From positions 2,502-66,501 of the IMG/VR virus record IMGVR_UViG_3300044712_002465: 64,000 nt of DNA. One strand, 5' to 3'. Under the pieces are notes generated by a model. That model had not been told where the DNA came from and made no database searches. It saw only the letters and a list, made by a program, of their open reading frames with translations. A program made the translations under genes and the position numbers. Source of the DNA: a virus. This document shows positions 1-8,781 of this stretch, in pieces. Within the stretch, counting starts at the first letter, position 1. The number at the start of each line of letters is the position of its first letter.

Positions 1-1445
1 GTCGGGCGCGGATCGGCGACCGATCCGGGGCCGGTCCGGACGTTCGACGCGCCGCGCACCGTCGGGGAGGGATCCCCCCACGCGACGACGCCCAGCGCGC
101 CGCGGTAGGGCTCGTGGTCGAGCGCGACCCGGGGGTCCGCGACGCTCGCCGGCGTGTTGGAGCGGGCGGGCGCCATCGACCCGGTGACCGCCGGCGCCGG
201 CGACGCCCACGGGACGACGCCGAACGTCCCGCCCCGGCTGGTGTCACCTCGTCCGATCCGAGGGTCGGCGACGCACGGCGCGCCGGATCCGGGGCGCGTT
301 GCGGCGATCACCGTCTTCGCCGGCTCCTCCCATCCCTGCACCGCGTACTTGTTCCGGTGGGCGTTCGGGTTGCAGTTCAGCCGCGGATCCGCCACCGCGA
401 AGCCACCGTTCGTCCCGCTGCCGGCGACCGTGCGCGCCGGCTCGTCCCAGGGGCGGACGTCGTACTTCGCGAAGACCTCGCGGCGCGGCTGGCCCGGCTC
501 GAGCGGCGTGGACAGGCGGGGGTCCGCGACCGCGGCGGTCCCGGTCGAGGTGCTCACGGAGGCCGTGCCGTTCACGGCGCGCGTCGGCTCGTCCCAGGCC
601 CCGACCGCCATGTGGCCCGGCCGCCCTTTGAACGCCTCCGCGTTCGCCCCGGTCTGCGCGAGAAGCGCCTCGGGAATCGAGGAGGGGAGGTCGCGCCAGT
701 CGCCGCCCGCGGGGATGAGGGCGAGCCGGACCCAGTTCAGCCACGAGATCTTCGGGAGGCGGTGGAGCTCGCCGGCGGAGGCGTCCTCGGGAAGCGGGAG
801 CTGGCCCAGGACCTCGCCGCAGCCCTTCACGCGCTGGAGCGGCGGGCGGTAGATGAAGGCCGGGACGTCCGCCGGCCGGCGGGCGACGAGGAGGAACCGG
901 CGGCGGTGCTGGCCGAGCCCCCCGATCTCGCCGCAGTCGTGGGTCCCCTCGTGGAAGACGTACCCGTAGCGCGCGAGGAGGTCGCGGGCCTGGCGCAGGA
1001 TCTCCGCGCCGCGGCTCATGATCCCGGGGACGTTCTCGATGATGATCGCCGGCGGCGGCTCGTCCCAGGTCTCGCAGATGAGGAAGAGGCCCTGGAGCAC
1101 GAGCCGGTTCAGCGCCTGGTAGTGCTCGCGCTCGGCGCTCTTCGTCGGCAGGAGGCGGCTGTACCCCTTGCACGGCGGCGAGCTGAAGACGCAGTCCGGA
1201 CGGCGCTCGCCGGCGAACGCGCGCAGCTCCGCCGGCGTGAGGGTCGAGAGGTCCGCGCAGAGCGACGGCCCGTCGGAGAGCAGCTCGAAGTCGGCGCAGG
1301 CCTCGGCGTCGAGGTCGATCCCGCCGAGGTTCACGAAGCGGGCGCGGTCGCGGCCGAGCTGGGCCATCGCCTCGAGGAAGCCGCGCGCGCCCGCTCCGAG
1401 GCCGCAGAAGGGAAAGAGGACGGTGAAGTCGCGGGTGGCGGTCAA
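1..1445 (-). CDS. DNA (cytosine-5)-methyltransferase, 3'-truncated by window edge (absent from ORF track)
   Basis: Manual translation from TTG at 1445 (TTGA overlap with upstream stop): MTATRDFTVLFPFCGLGAG (motif I), VFSSPPCKGYS (catalytic PC), IIIENVPG (ENV), GQHRRRFLLV (QxRxR); frame open to window start. Confidence 0.9.
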   Translation of the reverse strand, partial: MTATRDFTVLFPFCGLGAGARGFLEAMAQLGRDRARFVNLGGIDLDAEACADFELLSDGPSLCADLSTLTPAELRAFAGERRPDCVFSSPPCKGYSRLLPTKSAEREHYQALNRLVLQGLFLICETWDEPPPAIIIENVPGIMSRGAEILRQARDLLARYGYVFHEGTHDCGEIGGLGQHRRRFLLVARRPADVPAFIYRPPLQRVKGCGEVLGQLPLPEDASAGELHRLPKISWLNWVRLALIPAGGDWRDLPSSIPEALLAQTGANAEAFKGRPGHMAVGAWDEPTRAVNGTASVSTSTGTAAVADPRLSTPLEPGQPRREVFAKYDVRPWDEPARTVAGSGTNGGFAVADPRLNCNPNAHRNKYAVQGWEEPAKTVIAATRPGSGAPCVADPRIGRGDTSRGGTFGVVPWASPAPAVTGSMAPARSNTPASVADPRVALDHEPYRGALGVVAWGDPSPTVRGASNVRTGPGSVADPRP

Positions 1446-1672
1446 GCTGCGCTCCTCGGGCGATCGGCGGCGCGGAGCGCCCGCACGTCGCGGTAGTACG
1501 CGCGCTGGAAGGCGCGGAAGCAGGGGTACCCCGCCTCGCCGCGGCGGGGCTGCCGGCCGGCGAAGCAGTAGCGGGCGCCCGACGTCGGCTCCTCGCAGAA
1601 GACGCAGCGCCCGGGCAGCGCGCAGGCCTTCGCCGCCTCGAGGCCGTCGGGGTGGGGGAACGCGGGCGCCAC
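1442..1672 (-). CDS. Small Cys-rich (zinc-finger-like) hypothetical protein
   Basis: 76 aa, CVFC...YC...PC; translationally coupled to the MTase. Confidence 0.55.
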   Translation of the reverse strand: MAPAFPHPDGLEAAKACALPGRCVFCEEPTSGARYCFAGRQPRRGEAGYPCFRAFQRAYYRDVRALRAADRPRSAA

Positions 1673-1676
1673 CGGC

Positions 1677-3032
1677 CTACCCCGCCGCCTCGACCCGGGC
1701 GCGCGCCTTCGCCTGCGCCGCCTTCAGCGCGGCGAGCTCCTCCTCGACGACGGCGACGCGGCGGTCGATCGCGGCGTCGAGTGCGTCCCGGCGCTGGATG
1801 AGGTCGTCGAAGGGGATCTCGTCCAGGTCGTCGCCGGCGACGGGGCGCCGCGGCGGCGCGGGCGGCAGCTTCGTGACCTTCGCCGGCGCCGGCGAGCTCG
1901 GGGCGGTGGTCCTCTTCGCCGCCGCGACGCGCGCCTCGCACGCCCTGCGGTCGCCGCAGCAGCCGGTCGAGTTGTCGGACCGCAGGGTCTTCCTGCACTT
2001 CGAGCACAGCTTCGGGGGCATCGTGGTCTCCTTCGCTTGTGAGGGTCTGGGCGGCCGCTCGCCGGCCGCGTAGCGCGCGGGGTTGCAGTAGCCGCTCCAC
2101 CCCGACGTGTTGTTCTTCCGGAGGCTCCGACCGCATCCGCAGCGGCAGGTCGCCTCCGTCATCACCGCGGTGTGCGCCGCCGTCTGGCGCGGCGCTGCGA
2201 GGCGAGCGGCCGATGCATCCGTGCCACCCGTCAGGCCCTGGTGCCCGCCGACGATTCCGACCACCGCGCGCGGCGCCGGGGCGGCGGGAGGGTCGGGGAG
2301 GGGGGTGCCACCGCGGAGCAGCCGCAGCGCGTCCTTCGTCCGCTCCTCGAGCGTCGAGCCCTTCGCCAGGGGCGCCACCAGGACGACGTCGGCGCGCTTG
2401 AACCCGAGTGCGCGGAGCGCAGCCTCGAGGTCGGCGGGGGACGCCGGCGTGGAAGGGGTGCCGCCCTGCTGCGCCGGGGCGGCCGCGGCTGCCGGGGAGC
2501 CAGGTCCGGCCCGGCTCGGCTCGCTGGGGGAAGGCGTCGGCGAGATGTCCCGCGCGGGTTGTTCCTCTTCCTCGACCACAACTTGAGGCGTCGGCGCGGG
2601 GGCGCGCGCGGCGGGCGGCGGCCCGAAGGTGATGGGCTTCCGCGGCGGCGTCGCGCTCGCCGGCGGCCCGCCGATCGGCACGTCAGGCACCTCGCCCGAC
2701 CACAGGCGCGTCGAGACCTCGGTCCGCTTCGTCTCGGGGAGCACCTTCCCCGGCGAGCAGCTCGGGCACGGCCCCGTCGCCTCGGGCCCGATGTAGGCGC
2801 GCCCGCACGCGTCGCACACCGAGGTCGGGACCTTGAGGGCTCGAAGGTCCGCGGCGACGGCGTCGCCCGTCACGCACCCGCCCACCGCGCAGTGCTCGTA
2901 GACGAACGGGCCCGCGCGCATCTTGCCCTTGGCGTCCTCGACGACGCGCCGCTCGAGCTGTCGCCGGCGGCAGGCCCGCGCCGAGAGGCGGCCGAAGCGA
3001 TCGCAGGCGACGAGGTCGTCGACGGGGGACAT
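1677..3032 (-). CDS. Multidomain Zn-finger protein with RuvA C-terminal-like helical domain
   Basis: 451 aa, several CxxC pairs; segment LEAALRALGFKRADV...TLEERTKDALRLL resembles RuvA domain III. Confidence 0.65.
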   Translation of the reverse strand: MSPVDDLVACDRFGRLSARACRRRQLERRVVEDAKGKMRAGPFVYEHCAVGGCVTGDAVAADLRALKVPTSVCDACGRAYIGPEATGPCPSCSPGKVLPETKRTEVSTRLWSGEVPDVPIGGPPASATPPRKPITFGPPPAARAPAPTPQVVVEEEEQPARDISPTPSPSEPSRAGPGSPAAAAAPAQQGGTPSTPASPADLEAALRALGFKRADVVLVAPLAKGSTLEERTKDALRLLRGGTPLPDPPAAPAPRAVVGIVGGHQGLTGGTDASAARLAAPRQTAAHTAVMTEATCRCGCGRSLRKNNTSGWSGYCNPARYAAGERPPRPSQAKETTMPPKLCSKCRKTLRSDNSTGCCGDRRACEARVAAAKRTTAPSSPAPAKVTKLPPAPPRRPVAGDDLDEIPFDDLIQRRDALDAAIDRRVAVVEEELAALKAAQAKARARVEAAG

Positions 3033-3035
3033 GGC

Positions 3036-3239
3036 TCAGGCGCGCCTCTTCCTCGCGCTCTCGCTTCGCTCGATCTCGCGCAGCGCCGTCCGCAGGATCT
3101 CGTCGGCGCAGGCGGAGAAGCTGCGCGGGTACCGGCCGGAAGCGGCGAGGGCCAGGATCCGGTCCATCACCCACCGCGTCGTCGGAACGGAGATCACCAC
3201 CTCGTCGTCGGCGGGCAGCGGCCTGCTCTTGGGCCTCAT
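3036..3239 (-). CDS. Small putative ribbon-helix-helix DNA-binding protein
   Basis: MRPKSRP...VVISVPTT (strand) then two helices; start trimmed to ATG 3239. Confidence 0.5.
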   Translation of the reverse strand: MRPKSRPLPADDEVVISVPTTRWVMDRILALAASGRYPRSFSACADEILRTALREIERSESARKRRA

Positions 3240-3538
3240 CGCGTACCCCCTCCCGGGGCAGCGGGGGGCGCGGAGGGCCCTTCGCAGTCGGGGCAGGGCT
3301 CGCCCGATGGCGCCGCGATCCCGGGTTCGATCTGGTCGTAGGTCGTCACCCAGCCGGTGTCGCCGCACGTCTTGCACCGCGGACCTCCGTCGGAGGTCGC
3401 GGGGGCCGACCCGGTCCCCTTGGGCTCGGACAGCGCCGCCCGAGTGCGATCCGCCCGGAGGTGGGCGAGGTGGTTCACCAGGGCGGCGCGCTCGTGCGGC
3501 GTGACCTCGTGCGATCCGCAGAATTCGTCGAACGTCAT
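3236..3538 (-). CDS. Hypothetical protein with CxxCxxxG zinc motif
   Basis: CKTCGDTG...CPDCEG; ATGA overlaps on both sides. Confidence 0.55.
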   Translation of the reverse strand: MTFDEFCGSHEVTPHERAALVNHLAHLRADRTRAALSEPKGTGSAPATSDGGPRCKTCGDTGWVTTYDQIEPGIAAPSGEPCPDCEGPSAPPAAPGGGTR

Positions 3539-4098
3539 GGGGCGACTCCAGTAGGCGCCACCGCGACCGGGCCGCTGGCCCGGACCGAGCGCTTCAGGCT
3601 CGCGGGCGTCGGCGCGCCGGCCCGGCGGATCGCCGGCGCGGTGCCGAGGGAGGGGATGCGGTTGCAGGTGAACCGGAGCTCGCCGGGGGAGAACGAGACC
3701 GTCCGCACCCCGAGCACGTCGCAGGCCTTCATCGCCGCGGCCGCGGCGGGCAGGGCGTAGGCGCCGGGGTCGAGCCGCGCGGCGCGGGCGGCGAGCGAGT
3801 CGACGGCGGCGCGGAGCCGGCGCGCGTCGTCCAGCGCGGGGCGCTCCGGGGCCGGCGAGCAGGCGGCCACGGCGAGGAACCCGATGAAAACGGCGGCGAT
3901 CAGGGCGGACCCGCACCGGCCGCACGCGATCTGCTTCGGCCAGCGCGGCCGAGGCGTTTGCACCCGGGTGACGGCGCTGCGCTTCCGCCACTCGACGTGT
4001 CCGCAGGCGAGGTCGAAGTAGACGCGGCCTTCGTAGGCGCGCACCTCCCGCACGCCGCGGAGCGGTCCGCGGGGCTTCTGCCCAGGCGCGCGGCTCAC
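3535..4098 (-). CDS. Hypothetical membrane protein
   Basis: GTG start in GTGA overlap; LACGH...CGRC then hydrophobic ALIAAVFIGFLAVAAC. Confidence 0.5.
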   Translation of the reverse strand: MSRAPGQKPRGPLRGVREVRAYEGRVYFDLACGHVEWRKRSAVTRVQTPRPRWPKQIACGRCGSALIAAVFIGFLAVAACSPAPERPALDDARRLRAAVDSLAARAARLDPGAYALPAAAAAMKACDVLGVRTVSFSPGELRFTCNRIPSLGTAPAIRRAGAPTPASLKRSVRASGPVAVAPTGVAP

Positions 4099-4427
4099 GG
4101 TCGAACCTCCTGGACGTCGCAGGCCGCGCCCCACTGGACGATGCGCTCCCCGGGCTCGACGTGGGCCTGCTCCCCGTTCGCCGTCGTCCGGTCCTGCCGC
4201 GACCCGTCGGCGCGCTCGACCGTGTAGTAGAGCGTCGGCACCGTCCGGAACCGCGGCGGGGCCGGCAGCAGGCACGTCATCGGAGACTCGCGAGGGGACC
4301 GGCCTCCCGCGTCGTCGCAGGCGGAACGCCAGGAACGCTCCCACCGGGCGCGCTCGGCGATCTGGCCCGCGATGATGGCCGCGACTCCGACCGCGACGAA
4401 CGCGGCCAGGATGAGCGTGCGGATCAT
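4095..4427 (-). CDS. Hypothetical membrane-anchored protein
   Basis: N-terminal TM MIRTLILAAFVAVGVAAIIAG; 4-nt overlaps. Confidence 0.55.
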   Translation of the reverse strand: MIRTLILAAFVAVGVAAIIAGQIAERARWERSWRSACDDAGGRSPRESPMTCLLPAPPRFRTVPTLYYTVERADGSRQDRTTANGEQAHVEPGERIVQWGAACDVQEVRP

Positions 4428-4624
4428 CGGAGCCTCCGGGCGAGGTCGCAGAGGTCCTCCATCAGGTCCAGCGTCTCGTCCGCCTGGCGCTGGCGCTGGT
4501 GGTCCCGCACGACGCGCGCCGTCGAGGAGCCATCGCCGTAGTTCCCCAGTGTGACGGCGTCCCACGCGAGGGCGATCGGGACCTTCAACGCGGTGGTCGC
4601 GCAGCGTCTCAGGAAGCGCTTCAT
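4424..4624 (-). CDS. Small hypothetical protein
   Basis: MKRFLRRC...; ATGA overlaps on both sides. Confidence 0.5.
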   Translation of the reverse strand: MKRFLRRCATTALKVPIALAWDAVTLGNYGDGSSTARVVRDHQRQRQADETLDLMEDLCDLARRLR

Positions 4625-5106
4625 CGCCCCTCCGTTGCGGCCAGCGCCGCGGCGACGTCCTCGGAGACGCGCCAGTAGCCGAGGGCGCCCCGGCACGGGA
4701 TCGGCTCGACGAGCTCGTGGCGCTCGACGAAGACCAGGCCCCACCGCCCGAACGTCCACTTCGACCGGAGCACCTGGTCGACCTGCGCCTGGGCGAGCTC
4801 GCCGACCACCTGGACGGCGCGGAGCGTGTCGCAGGTGTCGTCCGTGGGCTCGACCTCGACGGCGCCGGCGAGGATCGCGGTGCCCACGATGGCGCCGCGC
4901 GGCGCGGCCGCGGTGAGCCCGGCGACCTCGGCGGAGACGAGCTCGCGCGCGAAGCCCACCGCGTCGTCGGCCCACCCGCGGCTCGCGTGGAGGGCGATCC
5001 GCTGCCCGAGGGCCTTCGCCCACGGGCGCTGGTCGCGGTTCTCGACGTCCTTGAACCCCTTCAGGAGCAGCCACACCCACGGCTGCAGGAAGCTGAGGGC
5101 GAGCAT
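4621..5106 (-). CDS. ASCH domain protein
   Basis: MLALSFLQPWVWLLLKGFKDVENR...IALHAS...PRGAIVG...PIPCRGALGYW, typical phage ASCH signature. Confidence 0.85.
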   Translation of the reverse strand: MLALSFLQPWVWLLLKGFKDVENRDQRPWAKALGQRIALHASRGWADDAVGFARELVSAEVAGLTAAAPRGAIVGTAILAGAVEVEPTDDTCDTLRAVQVVGELAQAQVDQVLRSKWTFGRWGLVFVERHELVEPIPCRGALGYWRVSEDVAAALAATEGR

Positions 5107-6866
5107 CACGCGCCTCCCGTGAAGAACTCGGCGCTTGCCCGCAGCTCGCCGCGCCCCTCCACCAGCTCGAGCGCGCGGAGCCGGCCGAGGTACGTCGAGA
5201 ACGTGCCGGAGACGTGGCTGATCTGGGCGGCCTGGCCGAGCTGCTCGTTCGTGAGGGCGTTCGGGTAGGCCTCGACGAGGGTCCGCAGCATGCGCGCGGC
5301 GCCGCCGCCGAGCTCGTGGATCCAGTACTCGGCGAGCGCCATGCCCTCGGGCAGGGGGTCGTACGCCCCGAGGGCCGCCAGGCCGGCGTCGGTGATCTTC
5401 AGGTGGCCGCGGCCGTCGACCCAGCCCTGCGACCGGGCGCGGCCGAGGTAGGTGGAGAACGTCCCGGAGCGGGAGGAGACGCCAGCGCGGACCCCGAGCT
5501 GCGCGTTCGTGAGGCCCTGGGGGCGCTGGGCGAGGGCGATGAGCATGCGGCGCAGGCCGGAGTTGCCCACCGCGGCGTCGCCGGCGCCCTCGGCCAGCCG
5601 CTCGGGGGCGGCGCGGGCGGGGATCGGCGCCGGGATCGGGCGGCGCGTCGGCGGGGCCACCGCCGCGGCCGAGCGCGGGAAGGGGACGAACGGCGCCGCC
5701 GGGCGCGGCGCGGGGGGCGGCTCGCCGGGGCGGGCGGCGCGCTCGATCTCGTGCCGGAGCTCCGCCGCGCTCATGGTCAGCCGGGAGGCGATGCCCTCGG
5801 CGCGCTCGACCAGCTTCACGAGGCGGTCGACCTGCGCGTCCTTCAGGACCGGGACCTCGACCCGCTTCTCCTTCGCCGGCGCCGGAGCGGCGGCCGCCGG
5901 CTTCTTGGCGAGCTCGCGCTCCAGCTCGACGATGCGCCTCCGGAGCGCCTTCGGGTCGTCCTTCTCGGCCGAGGCGACGACCTCGGCCAGGTCGCTGCGC
6001 AGCGCGGCGACGTCCATCGGGGTGAGCTTCCCGGCCGCGGCCGCCGCCCGCCCGACCTGGGGGGTCGCCGAGGCGTCGAACGTGGTCTTCCGGCCGAGGT
6101 GGATCCGGCTGAACGTCCGGAGCCAGGACGGGCTCCACAGGTACGCCTCGCCCACCGCCAGCCCGGGCAGCTCGCCGACCAGCTTCCGGTCCGCGTTCGC
6201 CTCCTTCACCCACCCCTCGAGCGCCTTCCGCTCGTGCTCCCCGTTCACCTGGAGGACGACGAGGCACTCGGTCTGGGAGAGGACCTCCTTGTTCACGGAC
6301 TGCGGGCGCTGCGTGATCATCGTGCAGCCGATCCCGTAGTTCCGGCCCAGGCGGACGATGTCCTCGAACGCGCCGAGCATCTGGCGCTCGTCAGCCTCCG
6401 GAACCTGCGGGACGAGCTTCTGCGCCTCCTCGAGGAAGAGGTGCATCGGCGAGCGCTGAGCCTTCTTGCGGTGGAAGAGCTCCTCGGCGAAGGCCGCGGC
6501 GAACCGCTTCCGCTCGCCCTTCCGGAAGCCCGAGACGTCGAGGACGACGGAGGCCCGCTTCTCGACGACGAGCTGGGCGATCCGCGGCCCGGCCTCCGGC
6601 GTGAGCGGCAGGTCGCCATGCTCCCCGCCGAAGACGTAGATGTCCTTCCCGCCGGCGGGGCGGCCGTCAGCACCGAGGCGGAGCGAGAACCAGTTCCCGA
6701 CGGGGTCGATGGCGACGACCTGGGCGCCGGCGTCGAGCATCTGCTCGGCGAGGAGCTGGGCGCCGTAGGTCTTCCCGCCGCCCTTGCGCGCGATGAACGC
6801 CAGGGTCTGGGTGACCGCGTCGAGCGGCAGGGCGAGGTCCTTGGCGATGCGGAGCTGCTTCGGCAC
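5106..6866 (-). CDS. HerA/FtsK-like (DUF87) ATPase with tandem C-terminal winged-HTH domains
   Basis: Walker A ARKGGGKT, AIDPVG, Walker B LFLEEAQ, RLGRNYG, ITQRPQ; GAGGAGG RBS before GTG 6866. Confidence 0.85.
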   Translation of the reverse strand: MPKQLRIAKDLALPLDAVTQTLAFIARKGGGKTYGAQLLAEQMLDAGAQVVAIDPVGNWFSLRLGADGRPAGGKDIYVFGGEHGDLPLTPEAGPRIAQLVVEKRASVVLDVSGFRKGERKRFAAAFAEELFHRKKAQRSPMHLFLEEAQKLVPQVPEADERQMLGAFEDIVRLGRNYGIGCTMITQRPQSVNKEVLSQTECLVVLQVNGEHERKALEGWVKEANADRKLVGELPGLAVGEAYLWSPSWLRTFSRIHLGRKTTFDASATPQVGRAAAAAGKLTPMDVAALRSDLAEVVASAEKDDPKALRRRIVELERELAKKPAAAAPAPAKEKRVEVPVLKDAQVDRLVKLVERAEGIASRLTMSAAELRHEIERAARPGEPPPAPRPAAPFVPFPRSAAAVAPPTRRPIPAPIPARAAPERLAEGAGDAAVGNSGLRRMLIALAQRPQGLTNAQLGVRAGVSSRSGTFSTYLGRARSQGWVDGRGHLKITDAGLAALGAYDPLPEGMALAEYWIHELGGGAARMLRTLVEAYPNALTNEQLGQAAQISHVSGTFSTYLGRLRALELVEGRGELRASAEFFTGGA

Positions 6867-6897
6867 GTTCACCTCCTCGAGGTGGATGACGGCGGCT

Positions 6898-7164
6898 TCA
6901 GGGGGCACGGGGCGGCTCCTCGCGGACGACGATGAGGACCGGGACGCCGGGGTTGCTGCGGCAGGCCTTGCACTGGGAGATCGAGCGGAGCTTCCGGCCG
7001 ACCCGCCGGAGCCCGAAGGCCTTCAGCGGCTTCGTGAGGCCGCACTTCGTGCAGATCTGGGTGATGAAGACCTCCTCGCCGTCCTCCGTGAAGAGGCGGC
7101 AGGGGATCGGCTGCGCGGCGGCGCGCCGGGGCGCGGTCGTGCTGGACGCGGCGAGCTGCGTCAT
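6898..7164 (-). CDS. Small zinc-finger protein
   Basis: CTKCGLTKPLKAF...SQCKAC. Confidence 0.6.
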   Translation of the reverse strand: MTQLAASSTTAPRRAAAQPIPCRLFTEDGEEVFITQICTKCGLTKPLKAFGLRRVGRKLRSISQCKACRSNPGVPVLIVVREEPPRAP

Positions 7165-8039
7165 GGCGCGCGCCTCCCGGGCCCGGCTCTCCGGAGGTCC
7201 GCCTCCGCTGCCTTCCTCGCTGCCCGCTCGTCCTCGAGCACACGGACGACGCCGCACACGCGCGCCTCGGAGGAGGCGAGCTTTGCGCGGAGGGCCCCGA
7301 CCTCGGCGTCGACGCGGCTCAGCTCCGCCTCGTTGGCGAGCCTGCACTCTCGTTCGGTCCGGACCTGGGCCTCGGCGGTGGCGAGCGCACCGCGGGCCTC
7401 CTCCAGCATCCGCTCCAGGGAACGAACGAGGGCGACGGTGCGCGCACCTTCGACGCGCGCGTCGTTCGCCTCGTCGCGCGCGCGGCGGCGGCCCTGGCTC
7501 GCGTCCTCGAAGGCCCTCGCCATCGTCTCCTCGCGGGTGATCGCCGCCTGCGCCTCATTCCGAGCGGCGGCGAGGGCGGCGAAGACGAGCCGCGTCGCCC
7601 ACGCAGGCGGGCGGATCCCCTCGTTGGCGAGCGCCTCCCAGTGCGCGAGCTGCTCGGGCGTGGGCGACGCGCCCGGGGCCCCGACCGTGTCCTTCTCGAC
7701 GGCCCCCCTCGCAGCCTCTCGGGCGTTCTCGACGATCCGCCCGATCTCCTCCAGTGGCCTCCGGTGAGGAGGCACCAGAGGCACGGTCCCGACGTCGGTG
7801 GGCATCGGGCCGGTCATCAGCGCGACGGCGACCGGGGCCAGCCGCGCGTCCTCGCGCGCCGGGTCCTGGGCCAGCGGCGCGACGTCCGGATGGGAGGCGA
7901 CCAGGTCGACGAGCGCGGGCACGGCGTCGAGCAGCCGGCGCACGTCGCGCCCGGGCAGCCCGCCCTGCTCCAGCCACGCGAGGCCGAGCCGCTTCAGATC
8001 GGCGAGTTCTCCGGGCTTCGTGGGGTCGAGCGTCGCCAT
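7161..8039 (-). CDS. Coiled-coil hypothetical protein
   Basis: ATG 8039 with GGAGG RBS; Ala/Glu/Arg-rich C-terminus. Confidence 0.55.
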   Translation of the reverse strand: MATLDPTKPGELADLKRLGLAWLEQGGLPGRDVRRLLDAVPALVDLVASHPDVAPLAQDPAREDARLAPVAVALMTGPMPTDVGTVPLVPPHRRPLEEIGRIVENAREAARGAVEKDTVGAPGASPTPEQLAHWEALANEGIRPPAWATRLVFAALAAARNEAQAAITREETMARAFEDASQGRRRARDEANDARVEGARTVALVRSLERMLEEARGALATAEAQVRTERECRLANEAELSRVDAEVGALRAKLASSEARVCGVVRVLEDERAARKAAEADLRRAGPGRRAP

Positions 8040-8377
8040 CACCGCACCTCCTGCGCCCATCGGATGAGCAGGTCCTCGTGGTGGAAGACCGGCACCTCGT
8101 ACGACCGCGCCAGCTCGACCTCGCGGTCCGCGCCGGTCGAGGGGCCCGGCAGCCGGAGGAGCGCGTCGCAGCGTCGGAGCCAGGCAAAGTCCAGCTCCAT
8201 CCACTCCTCGTAGGCGCGGGGACGCACGAGGTGGAGGTGGTGCGAGAGGTGCGGGACGTAGGGCCACAGCCCGGCGTCGAGGAGGCGGTTCCCGGCCTGG
8301 ACCGCGCGCGCGACGTTCAGCTCGACGAGCTCGGCGTCGGGGGCGGTGTAGGGGCCGGCGACGTAGACGTGCTTCAC
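8039..8377 (-). CDS. DUF4406/DUF1937 nucleoside 2-deoxyribosyltransferase-like protein
   Basis: VYVAGPYT...WLRRCDALLRLPGPSTGADREVELA. Confidence 0.8.
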   Translation of the reverse strand: MKHVYVAGPYTAPDAELVELNVARAVQAGNRLLDAGLWPYVPHLSHHLHLVRPRAYEEWMELDFAWLRRCDALLRLPGPSTGADREVELARSYEVPVFHHEDLLIRWAQEVR

Positions 8378-8781
8378 CGGGCGCCTCCCGCGAGCGCGCG
8401 CACTTGGTCGGCGAGCGCGGGGCGCGGCCGCGCGCGCACCGCCTGGACGAGCCGCTCGCAGGTCGCGAGGTCCATGCGCGAGATGTGCGCAGCCTCGCGC
8501 GAGAGCCCGAGCACCTCCGCCATCCACCGGTACGCCGCCCTCCGCTTCATCAGCCCGGACTTCCACAACTCGTCGAAGGCCTCGTGCGCCCGGATCCGGG
8601 CGGCCTTGGTCTCCGCGTTCGCCGGCGTCCCCAGGGGCTCGCCGGTCCCCTGGTGCGCTCCGTGCGTCCCCTGGCACGCGGGCCAGCGCGAGCAGCCGTA
8701 GAACTTCCGGTTCAGCTTCGCGGTGAAGCGGAGCACCATCGGCGCGCCGCAGTCGGCGCACATGGGGGCCGGTCTACCCAT
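8374..8781 (-). CDS. DUF3268-like zinc-finger protein
   Basis: CADCGAPMVLR...FYGCSRWPAC...PLGTPANAETKAARIRAHEAFDELW...HI. Confidence 0.75.
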   Translation of the reverse strand: MGRPAPMCADCGAPMVLRFTAKLNRKFYGCSRWPACQGTHGAHQGTGEPLGTPANAETKAARIRAHEAFDELWKSGLMKRRAAYRWMAEVLGLSREAAHISRMDLATCERLVQAVRARPRPALADQVRALAGGAR

